From UHGV virus genome UHGV-1366990: a DNA stretch of 64,000 nt; one strand, written 5' to 3'. Source of the DNA: a virus. Below the pieces are notes generated by a model. That model saw only the letters and a list, made by a program, of their open reading frames with translations, was not told the origin of the DNA and did not search any database. The stretch's first letter is position 1. The number at the start of each line of letters is the position of its first letter. A program made the translations under genes and the position numbers. Shown one piece after another: positions 17,023-26,398 of the stretch.

Positions 17023-17905
17023 ATGCTTGGCCAGCGCTGACCTTACATCCCATCTGACTTAGGCAACCCACCTCTGCTTACTCAGGAGCTTATCCCCTTT
17101 GGACAGTCAGATATAACGGCATTGTCGACGGGAGATTATTAATCACACCCTCCCGTCTATTTTAGTGCGCCGAATTTGGTGATGAGGAATCGGAAGACCT
17201 CACTGACTTATAGGCTGTTACGCCGCCATCAGAACTTCGGAATCATTAGCAGTTATTTGCTTGGTCAGTTTCTAAAAACCCGCAAAGTCACTCACAACGA
17301 AAACGAAAACCTGTTTGAGCACAAGACGCCATGTCCTGGGTTCACATCGAAGTGTTTGTCTAATGCCCAAACAGCTTTTCGCTTCAGTGGGTTAACTATA
17401 CTTTGTAACCCGTTATTGATAAAACCTTTTATTTTTGTTGGCGAGGGTATCACCATCGATTTACCGGAACTTACGCATCCGGCCTCGCCTGTTGGTGATC
17501 CTTCGAATCCGGGAAGATCAGTAGGAACTATGAATCAAGTTAATTCAACCAACAGGAACCTTGTTGCCCTTTGACGCAACATTATGAACCCTCTATGGAA
17601 GACTCATAATGTTGTCGGCGTGATGGAGATTAGCGCCCCCGACCTCCCCTTGTGTTGGTGTCGACTTGCCAACGGGGTGCTCTCTATTTCTGAGCTAATC
17701 ACGCTACAACAGGGAGTTTCGTTCTCCGACGGTCAAGTGCGTCCACTGACACCATGCAAGGTGGATATTGACTTATGAAGCCGGAGTCCTCGTCCTAGGA
17801 CTGTGCTTGGCCTCAGCCTTTACACCGCTGGTCGCCCGACTCTTTACACCATAAAATTTACTATACTACAGCCAAGCTAATTTGAAAAGTCCTCTCCTCT
17901 TTGTG

Positions 17906-18052
17906 CTACACTGCCCACAGCAGTGCGGACGAACCTTCACACAAAACCGGATGCGCCGAAGTGGGCGACTGTTTACCGGACTGATCGGGTAGACCCAGGA
18001 GAGAGCAGGTAATCCCGATCAGGAGGATGAGGAGTAACATCATGTAAAACAT
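17906..18052 (-). CDS. small ORF (48 aa) with signal-peptide-like N-terminus MFYMMLLLILLIGITCSLLG
   Basis: Below ORF-track cutoff; GGAGGG RBS 6 nt upstream of ATG; coordinates from manual reading. Confidence 0.25.
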   Translation of the reverse strand: MFYMMLLLILLIGITCSLLGLPDQSGKQSPTSAHPVLCEGSSALLWAV

Positions 18053-18108
18053 AGTGTTCCCTCCTTCCATGCAACTAACTTTACTGCAATTATTTATTGA
18101 ATAAAGCG

Positions 18109-18678
18109 TTATTTTAACACTTCTAACTTCACAACACGACGCAGAAGGTAAACATATTCGCCAGCAGCTTCATGCGTCATATAATGGGTAGAAGGTGTGG
18201 AATGAGTGTTCTGGGTTTCTTTTAATCCAACGCGTTCAGCCCAACCATTAATAGAGTTCCCATAGAAACCGATAATCGCGCCAAAATAAATGCGCCCGCT
18301 TTCTGGCTCTAAAACGTAGTTGACAGTGAAGCAAATGTCAGAACGAATAGACTCCAGTTTCATACCAACACGACCTTCAGAGAATTCGTTACGAACATAT
18401 AAATGACGGAAGCGATCGCGCCGTGCTTGTGATGATTCTTCCAATTCTTGTCGAAGTGAAGAAGTTATGTCAATATTAAATGAAAATGTTGGATTTCGTA
18501 AATCAGAACGGGCCAACTCTAACGCAGATTCAATAACGCGACGGAAATTGATACTTTTACCTGTCAGGCGTTTCACTTCATCGGTGATTGTTTCAAAAGG
18601 GATTTTCGGGGCGCGTTCCCCTTCGTATTTTGCTAACAAAGGAATAATGTGTTTCATGATTGCTGTGTTAATGTGCAT
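18109..18678 (-). CDS. hypothetical protein (189 aa), isolated gene between tRNA region and late module
   Basis: ORF with GAGG RBS; flanked by ~1 kb and ~0.3 kb ORF-poor DNA. Confidence 0.55.
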   Translation of the reverse strand: MHINTAIMKHIIPLLAKYEGERAPKIPFETITDEVKRLTGKSINFRRVIESALELARSDLRNPTFSFNIDITSSLRQELEESSQARRDRFRHLYVRNEFSEGRVGMKLESIRSDICFTVNYVLEPESGRIYFGAIIGFYGNSINGWAERVGLKETQNTHSTPSTHYMTHEAAGEYVYLLRRVVKLEVLK

Positions 18679-18996
18679 TCCGGAGCCTCACTGGATTGAT
18701 TAAATGTCTCCGTTATTATATTGGGAGTATGTTTATTGAATATAAACACAGGAATGACCAATAAAATAATGACAGTGATTATTAATAGGTAAAAACTACT
18801 TTTCTACAACATCAAGAAACTGTATCCTAACGCAGTGCCCTTCGAGTTGTGAGTGTCAACGAACAACGAGAAGCAGCCTCCATGGCTGTGGAATGGTGCT
18901 GCCCGCATAGGGCGGTGTTACGAGCGAGGGCGTCAGCCCCCTCGCGAGTTATATTCGAATAAATTAAACGCGCGCGAGCGTTTTGATTCCCGTTGG

Positions 18997-19004
18997 CTAA
19001 ATAT
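18997..19004 (+). promoter_or_regulatory. late-promoter-like motif CTAAATAT (T4 TATAAATA analogue) upstream of baseplate gene
   Basis: Motif 40 nt upstream of ATG 19044; same core recurs before other virion genes. Confidence 0.4.
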
Positions 19005-19043
19005 CTTCAACACCATATTCAAACTCAGGTGATGGAGATTATC

Positions 19044-20822
19044 ATGGCCACGCAAACAGTCCCTTCACTCGATGTCAGGGCTTTCGAGTATCTTATCAAG
19101 AAGCGCATGAAAGCTGATCCAACTTTCAAGGATTATGACTTTGAAGGTTCTGGTCTCAGTGCAATCGTGCGTATCTTGGCCTCGGATGCCAACTCTATCG
19201 GGTTTATGCAGAACATGCTGAATGGCGAAAGCCATCTTCACTCTGCTCAACAGCGTTCTAATGTCGGTCTGGCGGCGGGGTTCTTATCTTACACCCCTCA
19301 CAACTACCAGGCAGCGTACCTGTACGCAAACGTCACAGTCACTCCATATGACGCCAGCACGGCTCCAGACACGATTGTAATGGATCGCCGCGCGATGTTC
19401 ATTGGGGTGAAGGATGGCAAATCTTATAACTTCACGGTTGACCAACCTGTGAGCGCCTCTCTTGTAGACGGCTCTTACAAGTTCGAGAACATCAAACTCA
19501 TACAGGGTAACTGGCTGTACAAGTCCTATGATGTGGAAGGCAGCGCGATCTCTACCTATGTGATCCCATCTTCTTCCGTGGACATCGACCATATGGTGGT
19601 ACAGGTACAGGAATCTGAGACATCTGACGTGCGATCTACCTTCTCACGATATGTCAGCCCGTTCGATTTGAGCCAGTATGCGCAACTTTACTTCGTTGAG
19701 CTGGGGTTGGACGGGATGTACACGTTCGAATTCGGTGATGGGTATATCTGTAAGCGAGTAGAAGACGGGAACGTCGTGTACCTCCAGTATCTGGAGACAG
19801 CTGGTGCAGACGGCAATGACATCACTACCTTGTCCTCCGCGTCTTCCATCGGGGGATTCAACCTTGTAGATGTTGAGCTGGTGTCAGAACGTTCTTCCGG
19901 TGGTAAGGACCCAGAGAGCATTGAGGACATCAAGCGCCTTGCTCCGCTGGCTTATCAGGCTGAGGGTGCGGCGGTAGCCGAAGTCGATTATGCTGTGTTG
20001 ACCGAGCGTCTGTTCTCTAACGTCTCCCGCGCCAAAGCATATGGTGGCGACACGCTCTCTCCGCCCGACTCCGGATACGTTTACATTGCTGTGATACCTT
20101 CTGTTGGTGAGGCGCTCTCGGACGCTGAGAAGGCAGATATCGTGGCGACGTTAGACAAGTACAATGTGGGCACGATCACACCCAAGATTGTCGACGCTGA
20201 ACTGACTTATGTTGATGTCACCACCCGCGTGTTCTGGGATCCGACTTCCACGTCCTATACCGAAGAGCAGTTGAAGACAGTCGTGAAGAACGGTGTTGTC
20301 AACTGGGGCTTGGGGAACCTAGAAGGATTCGACGAACTGTTCGATAAAGAGCAGTTACAGTCGGCCATCACCGACATGGACAGATCGATAGTGTCAAACA
20401 TCACTTCTGTGAAGTATAAGCGCCATTTCAAGCCAGACTATGGGGTACTGGACAGCTTCACATTCGATTTTGGGCGCTCGATTGCGTCTGGTTCTGTGCG
20501 TATCAGTGGGTTTAAGCCGCTTCCGGCCGAGGTCGAATTCACTTACTACATACGCGACGTCAGTGGTGTCCTGAATATGTACAAGGTGAGTACAACAGAC
20601 ACGACCAAGGAATATCTGGTACAATCTGTTGGAACGGTTGATTATATGACTGGCGTTGTTGAACTCCAGCGTATCATAGTATCCAACTACAACACTGAGG
20701 GTGTGACAATAATTGTGTCTCCAGACGGTCTTGACCAGAACATTCAGGCCACACAGAATCAGGTGCTCCGCATCGGTGCTGTAACTGTGGAGCCGGAGGT
20801 GCGTTATGTCCAAAGATCTTAA
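19044..20822 (+). CDS. baseplate wedge protein (gp6-like)
   Basis: 592 aa from ATG with GGAG RBS (track start 18993 is TTG); first gene of late module, size and position fit T4 gp6. Confidence 0.6.
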   Translation: MATQTVPSLDVRAFEYLIKKRMKADPTFKDYDFEGSGLSAIVRILASDANSIGFMQNMLNGESHLHSAQQRSNVGLAAGFLSYTPHNYQAAYLYANVTVTPYDASTAPDTIVMDRRAMFIGVKDGKSYNFTVDQPVSASLVDGSYKFENIKLIQGNWLYKSYDVEGSAISTYVIPSSSVDIDHMVVQVQESETSDVRSTFSRYVSPFDLSQYAQLYFVELGLDGMYTFEFGDGYICKRVEDGNVVYLQYLETAGADGNDITTLSSASSIGGFNLVDVELVSERSSGGKDPESIEDIKRLAPLAYQAEGAAVAEVDYAVLTERLFSNVSRAKAYGGDTLSPPDSGYVYIAVIPSVGEALSDAEKADIVATLDKYNVGTITPKIVDAELTYVDVTTRVFWDPTSTSYTEEQLKTVVKNGVVNWGLGNLEGFDELFDKEQLQSAITDMDRSIVSNITSVKYKRHFKPDYGVLDSFTFDFGRSIASGSVRISGFKPLPAEVEFTYYIRDVSGVLNMYKVSTTDTTKEYLVQSVGTVDYMTGVVELQRIIVSNYNTEGVTIIVSPDGLDQNIQATQNQVLRIGAVTVEPEVRYVQRS

Positions 20823-21660
20823 TAACGGACACAATGGGGTGAAATATGAAACCCCATTGTTTTACCAGAATGAATTCCCAGTATTCATCGAGTTTATGGA
20901 TACGTTCTTCAACTGGTTGTATCGCCAGCAGGGATTCACCGAAGAGGAGATCTTGGCGTATCTGGCAGACACTGGTGGTTGGGTGAACCCAAATACGGAT
21001 CAGTCTCCTATTGAGCAGTTGATTGACATCAAGAAGCGCAAGACGCCAGGTGCTGAGGCCAAAGACTTCTTGGAAGACAAGTTCCTGACGCGCACGTTTG
21101 AGAACATGATGGCGCTAGACTTCGAAGATTTGCTGGACGTGGACGGTCGGCCATTAATCTCAATGGAAGACAAGAACGAACGCATCGACGATTGGTATGC
21201 TGATTTTGGATTCCAGAGAACGGTTGATAAGTCCTTCCTAGAGTTCGGGAAGTTTGTGCCAGTTGGTTCGGACAGTTTGGTGACTTCAGACGGAGACACT
21301 CTCTCTGTGTATGTCGAGGGAACTGAACGCCGGACACTGGACCATGTACGCTGGTTGAAGTTACTTAAACACATTTATCGCATTCGCGGGACGAAGAAAG
21401 CGATTGAATTGTTCTTCTGGATTTACTTTGGTTGCCCAGTGAGTGTGTATTATCCCAAGGAAGAAATTGGTGGCCTGGATGACAACTTTGAATGTGACGG
21501 CGCGACAGGAATGCGTGACGATTACTACTATGATGAATTCACGTATGTGATAAGAGTTCCTGGCAACGTATCTGATTTTGAAGGTGTGTTTGATCGCGTC
21601 TTCCGTCAGCATTTCCATCCTGCTGGGTTTACTGTATTCCTAGAAAGTTCAAGGAGTTAA
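20806..21660 (+). CDS. putative baseplate protein
   Basis: 284 aa; GGAGG RBS; overlaps upstream gene, inside baseplate/tail-fibre block. Confidence 0.5.
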   Translation: MSKDLNNGHNGVKYETPLFYQNEFPVFIEFMDTFFNWLYRQQGFTEEEILAYLADTGGWVNPNTDQSPIEQLIDIKKRKTPGAEAKDFLEDKFLTRTFENMMALDFEDLLDVDGRPLISMEDKNERIDDWYADFGFQRTVDKSFLEFGKFVPVGSDSLVTSDGDTLSVYVEGTERRTLDHVRWLKLLKHIYRIRGTKKAIELFFWIYFGCPVSVYYPKEEIGGLDDNFECDGATGMRDDYYYDEFTYVIRVPGNVSDFEGVFDRVFRQHFHPAGFTVFLESSRS

Positions 21661-21662
21661 AA

Positions 21663-22874
21663 ATGGCCGATTTTCTGAGTCGATACACAGGTCAGCAGAT
21701 TGATGCAATCCTTTCTTCTGTTGACGATAAAATAAGCAAGACTGATGTTGTCAACGATTTCTCTGTTGATGATCCGTTGTTCCCTCCGTCAGCTCATTTG
21801 ACATACGAGCTGAAGCGTTCTGTGGATAATATCTACGACACACTGGAAAACAAAGTGATCCGCACCGACGGTGGTGAACAAACGATCAACGGGCGGAAGA
21901 CTTTTGCCGCAGAAATCCGAGCCAATGCTGGTGTCAGTATCCCTACGGGGAAGAAACTTACCATCGCAGATGAGCCAGTTGATTCCACTGATGGCGTCAA
22001 TCTGTCTATGCTGCGCAAGCACGGCGTGAGTGAAGACACTGCCGGGGTTAACTCTGGTCTGAAAATCGAGTTGTTACCTGGCGGCTACAACAAACTCACT
22101 TTCGATGGCACAAATCTGGCCAATTACTCTGGTACTGGTGTGCCAACTACCATGTTACTGGTGAGTGGAACCGACACTGTCAAGTACGACACATCTGCGT
22201 TTGTGACTTCTATCTTCAATGATACGCGTTTCAACGCTTATCTGAAGGTTGTTGATTATGATGCCGATATGTTGGATATCCAGTCTCAGTTCAACACTGT
22301 CAACACCACTCTGGCTGCGAAGGTCAACACGTCGACTTACAACTCCAAGATGTCTAGCCTGGACACCAGTATACTGGATCTGACGAACAACAAAGTGAAC
22401 GTCAGTACGTATAACACGAAGATGGCGGCGTTGGACGGTTCCATCAGCGGCATTCAGAGTGATATCGGCACGATCAATACCACGTTGTCTGGAAAGGTCA
22501 ACACATCGACCTACAACGCCAAAATGACAAGCCTGGACGCCGACATTGCTGCCCGTGTGAAGATCGGGAAGACCAACCCAAGCGGTATCACTGTCTCTGC
22601 TTCTGGGAACTCTGCGTTGCCCGACTTCGATTTGGTGAACCTTTGCCAGGTGTTGATCAGTGCACAATGGGGTACAGGCAACGTCGTGGATACGTACCGC
22701 GTGACGATCACCCGTGACGGGACTATCAAGTCTGAGCTGTTGGTACAGAAGTCCACTTCCGGTACGGTGACATTCGCGGGTTCTGTAGTGTCTTCAAAAC
22801 TTCGTTTGACGATAACAAATGCGAACACGACGACTGCTTGCTCCGTTGACTACAATCTAGTCGCTTCTTTCTAA
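21663..22874 (+). CDS. tail fibre protein with internal tandem repeats
   Basis: 403 aa; three copies of KVNTSTYN.KM.SLD units; AAGGAG RBS. Confidence 0.6.
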   Translation: MADFLSRYTGQQIDAILSSVDDKISKTDVVNDFSVDDPLFPPSAHLTYELKRSVDNIYDTLENKVIRTDGGEQTINGRKTFAAEIRANAGVSIPTGKKLTIADEPVDSTDGVNLSMLRKHGVSEDTAGVNSGLKIELLPGGYNKLTFDGTNLANYSGTGVPTTMLLVSGTDTVKYDTSAFVTSIFNDTRFNAYLKVVDYDADMLDIQSQFNTVNTTLAAKVNTSTYNSKMSSLDTSILDLTNNKVNVSTYNTKMAALDGSISGIQSDIGTINTTLSGKVNTSTYNAKMTSLDADIAARVKIGKTNPSGITVSASGNSALPDFDLVNLCQVLISAQWGTGNVVDTYRVTITRDGTIKSELLVQKSTSGTVTFAGSVVSSKLRLTITNANTTTACSVDYNLVASF

Positions 22875-22882
22875 AGTGAAAA

Positions 22883-22925
22883 CTAAATACCCCTAGATGA
22901 AACGAACACATTTAGGGGTATTTGA
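22883..22925 (+). promoter_or_regulatory. late promoter CTAAATACCCC plus inverted partner GGGGTATTT just before start codon
   Basis: aactaaatacccctag...tttaggggtatttgaaATG; GGGG lies 9 nt before ATG. Confidence 0.45.
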
Positions 22926-22926
22926 A

Positions 22927-25900
22927 ATGGCTAATAAACCAACACAGCCTGTTTTCCCTCTCGGTCTGGCGGCTGAAGAGCAGTCTACTTTGGCTGGTGT
23001 CCTCAACACGGGTACGATTGAGCATGGACCAGATGCTGTCCTGACTTTACCCGAGGGTAATGCCAGCGCAGGACTCCCGTCTTCCGTTCGCTACAATGCC
23101 GACTCCGACGAATTTGAGGGCTTCTATGAAAATGGTGGATGGTTGCCGCTGGGTGGCGGTGGTATCCGCTGGGAAGTCCTTCCGCATGCCTCTACGACAA
23201 CACTCACTGAAGGGCGAGGCTATCTCATTAATAATACCACAGGGGCGTCTACAGTGGTTCTCCCGCTCCCTACGCGCATTGGTGATTCTGTTACTGTCTG
23301 TGACATGTATGGGAAGTTCTCTGTCTATCCACTGACCATTGACCCGAATGGAAAGGCTATGTATGGGAATGTGGAGGCCATGACGATCTCCACAGACAGC
23401 GCGACCGCAACGTTCACCTGGACTGGAGATGCTCGTGGCTGGATTATCACAGCAGGCGTCGGCCTGGGCCAGGGGCGTGTCTACAGCCGAAACATCTATA
23501 CCGATACTCTGGGCTTCCCAACCTCCGAAGTCACCCTGACAACCCAGCCACTTATCGTTGATGTCTATGTTGATGGTAAGCGCCTGGTGGAGTCCAAATA
23601 CTCCCTGAGTGGTTATGAAGTTCGCTTCAGCCCATCTCTTCCGGCTGGTGTTGAATTGCAGGTTGTTCAGTACGTTCCGATCCAATTGGGTCTCGGGTCT
23701 GGCGGGTCTGACAGCGGTATCACTCCTTGGGTCTACAACGGCGGTGCTGCAGTTGGCGGCGAAACCACTATCTCTGTTCCAGACTTGGCGCTGGGTGTTC
23801 CGTTCATCACCATCAACGGATATGCCAACTACCCTGGATTTGCGTACAGCTATGATGCAGGTGCCCACGTCCTCACCTTTGGTACTCCACTGGAAGCAGG
23901 CGACATGGTTGTCCTTATGCTGTCTGGTGAAGTTGCTGGGAATATCCCGGTCAACACCAGCGCAGGCTTCCTGGCGATAGAGGCACTGCGTCGCACCTAT
24001 GCCGAAGCGGGTTACAACCTGGTCGGAGGGAGTTTCGGTCGTGGTGGCACTGTCAACACAGCAACTGATGTTCTGCTCAATGAAGTGGATGGAAAGGCTT
24101 ATTCCTGGGGTGGAACTTTGCCTAAGACTGTGCCAGCTGATAGTACTCCCATCAGTAGTGGCGGGCTTGGAATTAGTGCGTGGGTGGATAGATCTGCTGC
24201 ACCTAATAGCTTTACTCAGACCGGAGCAGGAGCGGTTACAAGACCCGCTCAAGACAAAATGCGTGAAGAGTATAGCGTTCAGGACTTTGGGGCCAAAGTG
24301 AATAGTGGAGTGGATGAGACAGACAATATTAAGAAATGCCTTGCTCATGTAAAAGCGAAAGGCGGGAGAGCTAAAATTAACTTCCAGCCTGGGGAGTATA
24401 TGGTTCGTGGAACGGAGCTAATTGTCGATTTTTCTAATGTCATGTTGGAAGGTTATGGGGCCATACTTAAGCTTGTTGATAGCCCGACGGCGATTCAAGG
24501 CCCTGTGCTCAAGATTGCCCAGTACGGTGATCCAACTGTAAGGGGGACAGTTGAGAACGTCATAGTCAAAGGGTTCACGATTTATGGTAATAAGCTGAAT
24601 CAAATTCAAACCATGAACGCAGGTGGGGATGCGAACAATCCCGGATTTGTGTCTGAGGATGTCGTTAATTTGCATGTAGAGGACGTTATTGTCTATGATT
24701 GTGACGGTTATGGATTCCTCTTTGCTGGTTCAAACCTCCCCCATCGCAAGGGTGCGTACTTCAAGAACTGCTGGGCATTCGGTAACAACGTTGACGGATT
24801 TGATATCAAGGCAGGGTTTAACCATGTCACTCTCGACAGTTGCAGGTCGTGGGGTAACGGCTACGCGCCCATAGTTGCCCTACGCTCCGGAATGGGGTTC
24901 GATACCCGTGGCAAAGACGTTACCTTGATTAACTGCGTAGGTGGGGATGAGGGTAGCAACTATGCTGGCAACTTCCGCGTGCGCGAAAACGCAGAGGCGG
25001 GAATCTCATTCCTGGGGTGCCATAGCTATAACTCGCCTAATGGTACTTACGGCTTTATGTGCATAGGTGGTGGAAATACCAACGTGTCACTGATAGGCTG
25101 TACGTCTTCCAATGACGGAACCTCTATTAAGCATGAGCGAGGACACCTTACAGTAGTAGGGTTCAGGTCATGGAAGCCGAAGCTTCTGAGTATCCTGCAA
25201 TACCCGTCACAGTTTGTGTTGAGCACACTGACAGAAGCAGCTACATTCAGTTCCTATGGCGAATCGGTTACTATTTATCCTAGTGATTATCTCAGCGCTA
25301 CCGTAGGTTCTGAAATCAAGATCCCAACCGATGCTGGGACGATTTACCTCCTGGTTACACAGGCAGTTGCATCTACGCTGGTGTGTACGGTTCTGCGTGG
25401 AAATCTGGGGACGGCTGCGGCAGGAGCGAGTATCACTACTGTATCGACGGGAAGCCTGACGGTACATGGCGGAATATCTTATCAGTCTGCTGGTGATGCT
25501 GTTCAGTTTGCGTCTACCTTACAAACCCTTACTGATAGTTCAATGCCTGCAACTTTTAACGGGTTCGTTATAGAGGCACCAACCCGTTACGGAGTGAATT
25601 TTCAGGGTGGCGATGTGAGTTTTTATGGTGGCGCAATTCGAAACTGTGGCAAAGGGTCATCCTCCCCTGGATTTTTCGTCGGCAATGCAGCTACTGCTGA
25701 ATCGACATTCCGGTTGGACAGTGTATTCATGGGTAATGACGACAAATCTTTCACGCAGTCAGCTGGCATTCAGTTCCAGTCAACAAGCCTGGCGAAAGGG
25801 AGCGTTAGAGCGTGTAAATTCGCCGATAATGCCAACTCGCCAGTCATTGGCTCGCCATCTTCTGGTGTGCGGTTTGCAGACAATATCGGCTACACCAACG

Positions 25901-26166
25901 AGGGCACATTCTCTACAACAATTGATGTGACAACTGTTGGGGTGAAAACATTCTCAATTCCGCATGGGCTAAGCAAAGCACCTTCTGGTAAAGATGTGCA
26001 ACTGACCATCCAGCGGTCTGGGGCGGCGAATGACTACGTTCTCTCCACTCCGATGATTACCGGAGCAAGTTCTACAATTATTTCTGGGAGGGTGTCCGTA
26101 CTCACGGCTAGCGCAACCGCAGGTGAAGTCGCAACAGTAAACGCATTCATCAGCGCCAACCCATAG
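22927..26166 (+). CDS. tailspike protein 1 (beta-helix depolymerase-like)
   Basis: 1080 aa; Gly/Asn/Thr-rich repeats typical of right-handed beta-helix; internal YSWGGTLPKTV..STPISSGG module shared with tailspikes 2 and 4. Confidence 0.8.
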   Translation: MANKPTQPVFPLGLAAEEQSTLAGVLNTGTIEHGPDAVLTLPEGNASAGLPSSVRYNADSDEFEGFYENGGWLPLGGGGIRWEVLPHASTTTLTEGRGYLINNTTGASTVVLPLPTRIGDSVTVCDMYGKFSVYPLTIDPNGKAMYGNVEAMTISTDSATATFTWTGDARGWIITAGVGLGQGRVYSRNIYTDTLGFPTSEVTLTTQPLIVDVYVDGKRLVESKYSLSGYEVRFSPSLPAGVELQVVQYVPIQLGLGSGGSDSGITPWVYNGGAAVGGETTISVPDLALGVPFITINGYANYPGFAYSYDAGAHVLTFGTPLEAGDMVVLMLSGEVAGNIPVNTSAGFLAIEALRRTYAEAGYNLVGGSFGRGGTVNTATDVLLNEVDGKAYSWGGTLPKTVPADSTPISSGGLGISAWVDRSAAPNSFTQTGAGAVTRPAQDKMREEYSVQDFGAKVNSGVDETDNIKKCLAHVKAKGGRAKINFQPGEYMVRGTELIVDFSNVMLEGYGAILKLVDSPTAIQGPVLKIAQYGDPTVRGTVENVIVKGFTIYGNKLNQIQTMNAGGDANNPGFVSEDVVNLHVEDVIVYDCDGYGFLFAGSNLPHRKGAYFKNCWAFGNNVDGFDIKAGFNHVTLDSCRSWGNGYAPIVALRSGMGFDTRGKDVTLINCVGGDEGSNYAGNFRVRENAEAGISFLGCHSYNSPNGTYGFMCIGGGNTNVSLIGCTSSNDGTSIKHERGHLTVVGFRSWKPKLLSILQYPSQFVLSTLTEAATFSSYGESVTIYPSDYLSATVGSEIKIPTDAGTIYLLVTQAVASTLVCTVLRGNLGTAAAGASITTVSTGSLTVHGGISYQSAGDAVQFASTLQTLTDSSMPATFNGFVIEAPTRYGVNFQGGDVSFYGGAIRNCGKGSSSPGFFVGNAATAESTFRLDSVFMGNDDKSFTQSAGIQFQSTSLAKGSVRACKFADNANSPVIGSPSSGVRFADNIGYTNEGTFSTTIDVTTVGVKTFSIPHGLSKAPSGKDVQLTIQRSGAANDYVLSTPMITGASSTIISGRVSVLTASATAGEVATVNAFISANP

Positions 26167-26346
26167 GGCGCAGGAGGAAGTGGAACGGGATCGAACCAGC
26201 GCATGAAAAGCTGGTAGCTGAGTCATATGTTATTGGTGAGAAATATGGCATCCGGTATGAAGAAGCGTTGGTGATGGAAGCCGCTCTTCAGAGACGCAAT
26301 TACCAACGCCTTCTGAATCGTATTGAAGCGCTGGAGAATAAGTAAC

Positions 26347-26375
26347 AAACACCCCCATCTACGGATGGGGTTATT
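26347..26375 (+). terminator. intrinsic terminator after tailspike 1 (cccccatctacggatgggg + T-rich)
   Basis: 7-bp GC stem followed by ttattact. Confidence 0.45.
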
Positions 26376-26398
26376 ACTAGAATAATCAGAGGTAAATC

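Noticed and set aside
15300-17100. Possible CRISPR array or retron in the repeat-rich tRNA region
   Set aside because: Repeats are inverted, not regularly spaced direct repeats, and no cas or reverse-transcriptase-like ORF is nearby
17176-17778. Plus-strand ORFs 17176..17574 and 17584..17778
   Set aside because: No RBS, implausible composition, opposite to flanking transcription; region treated as non-coding or small-ORF territory
23047-24348. 433-aa minus-strand ORF antisense to tailspike 1
   Set aside because: Entirely inside a strongly supported plus-strand gene; Cys/Arg-rich; no RBS
26167-26398. Short ORFs (8-26 codons) in the tailspike 1-2 intergenic region, one after an AGGAGG box
   Set aside because: Too short and lacking in-frame ATG starts; region better explained as terminator plus RBS for tailspike 2
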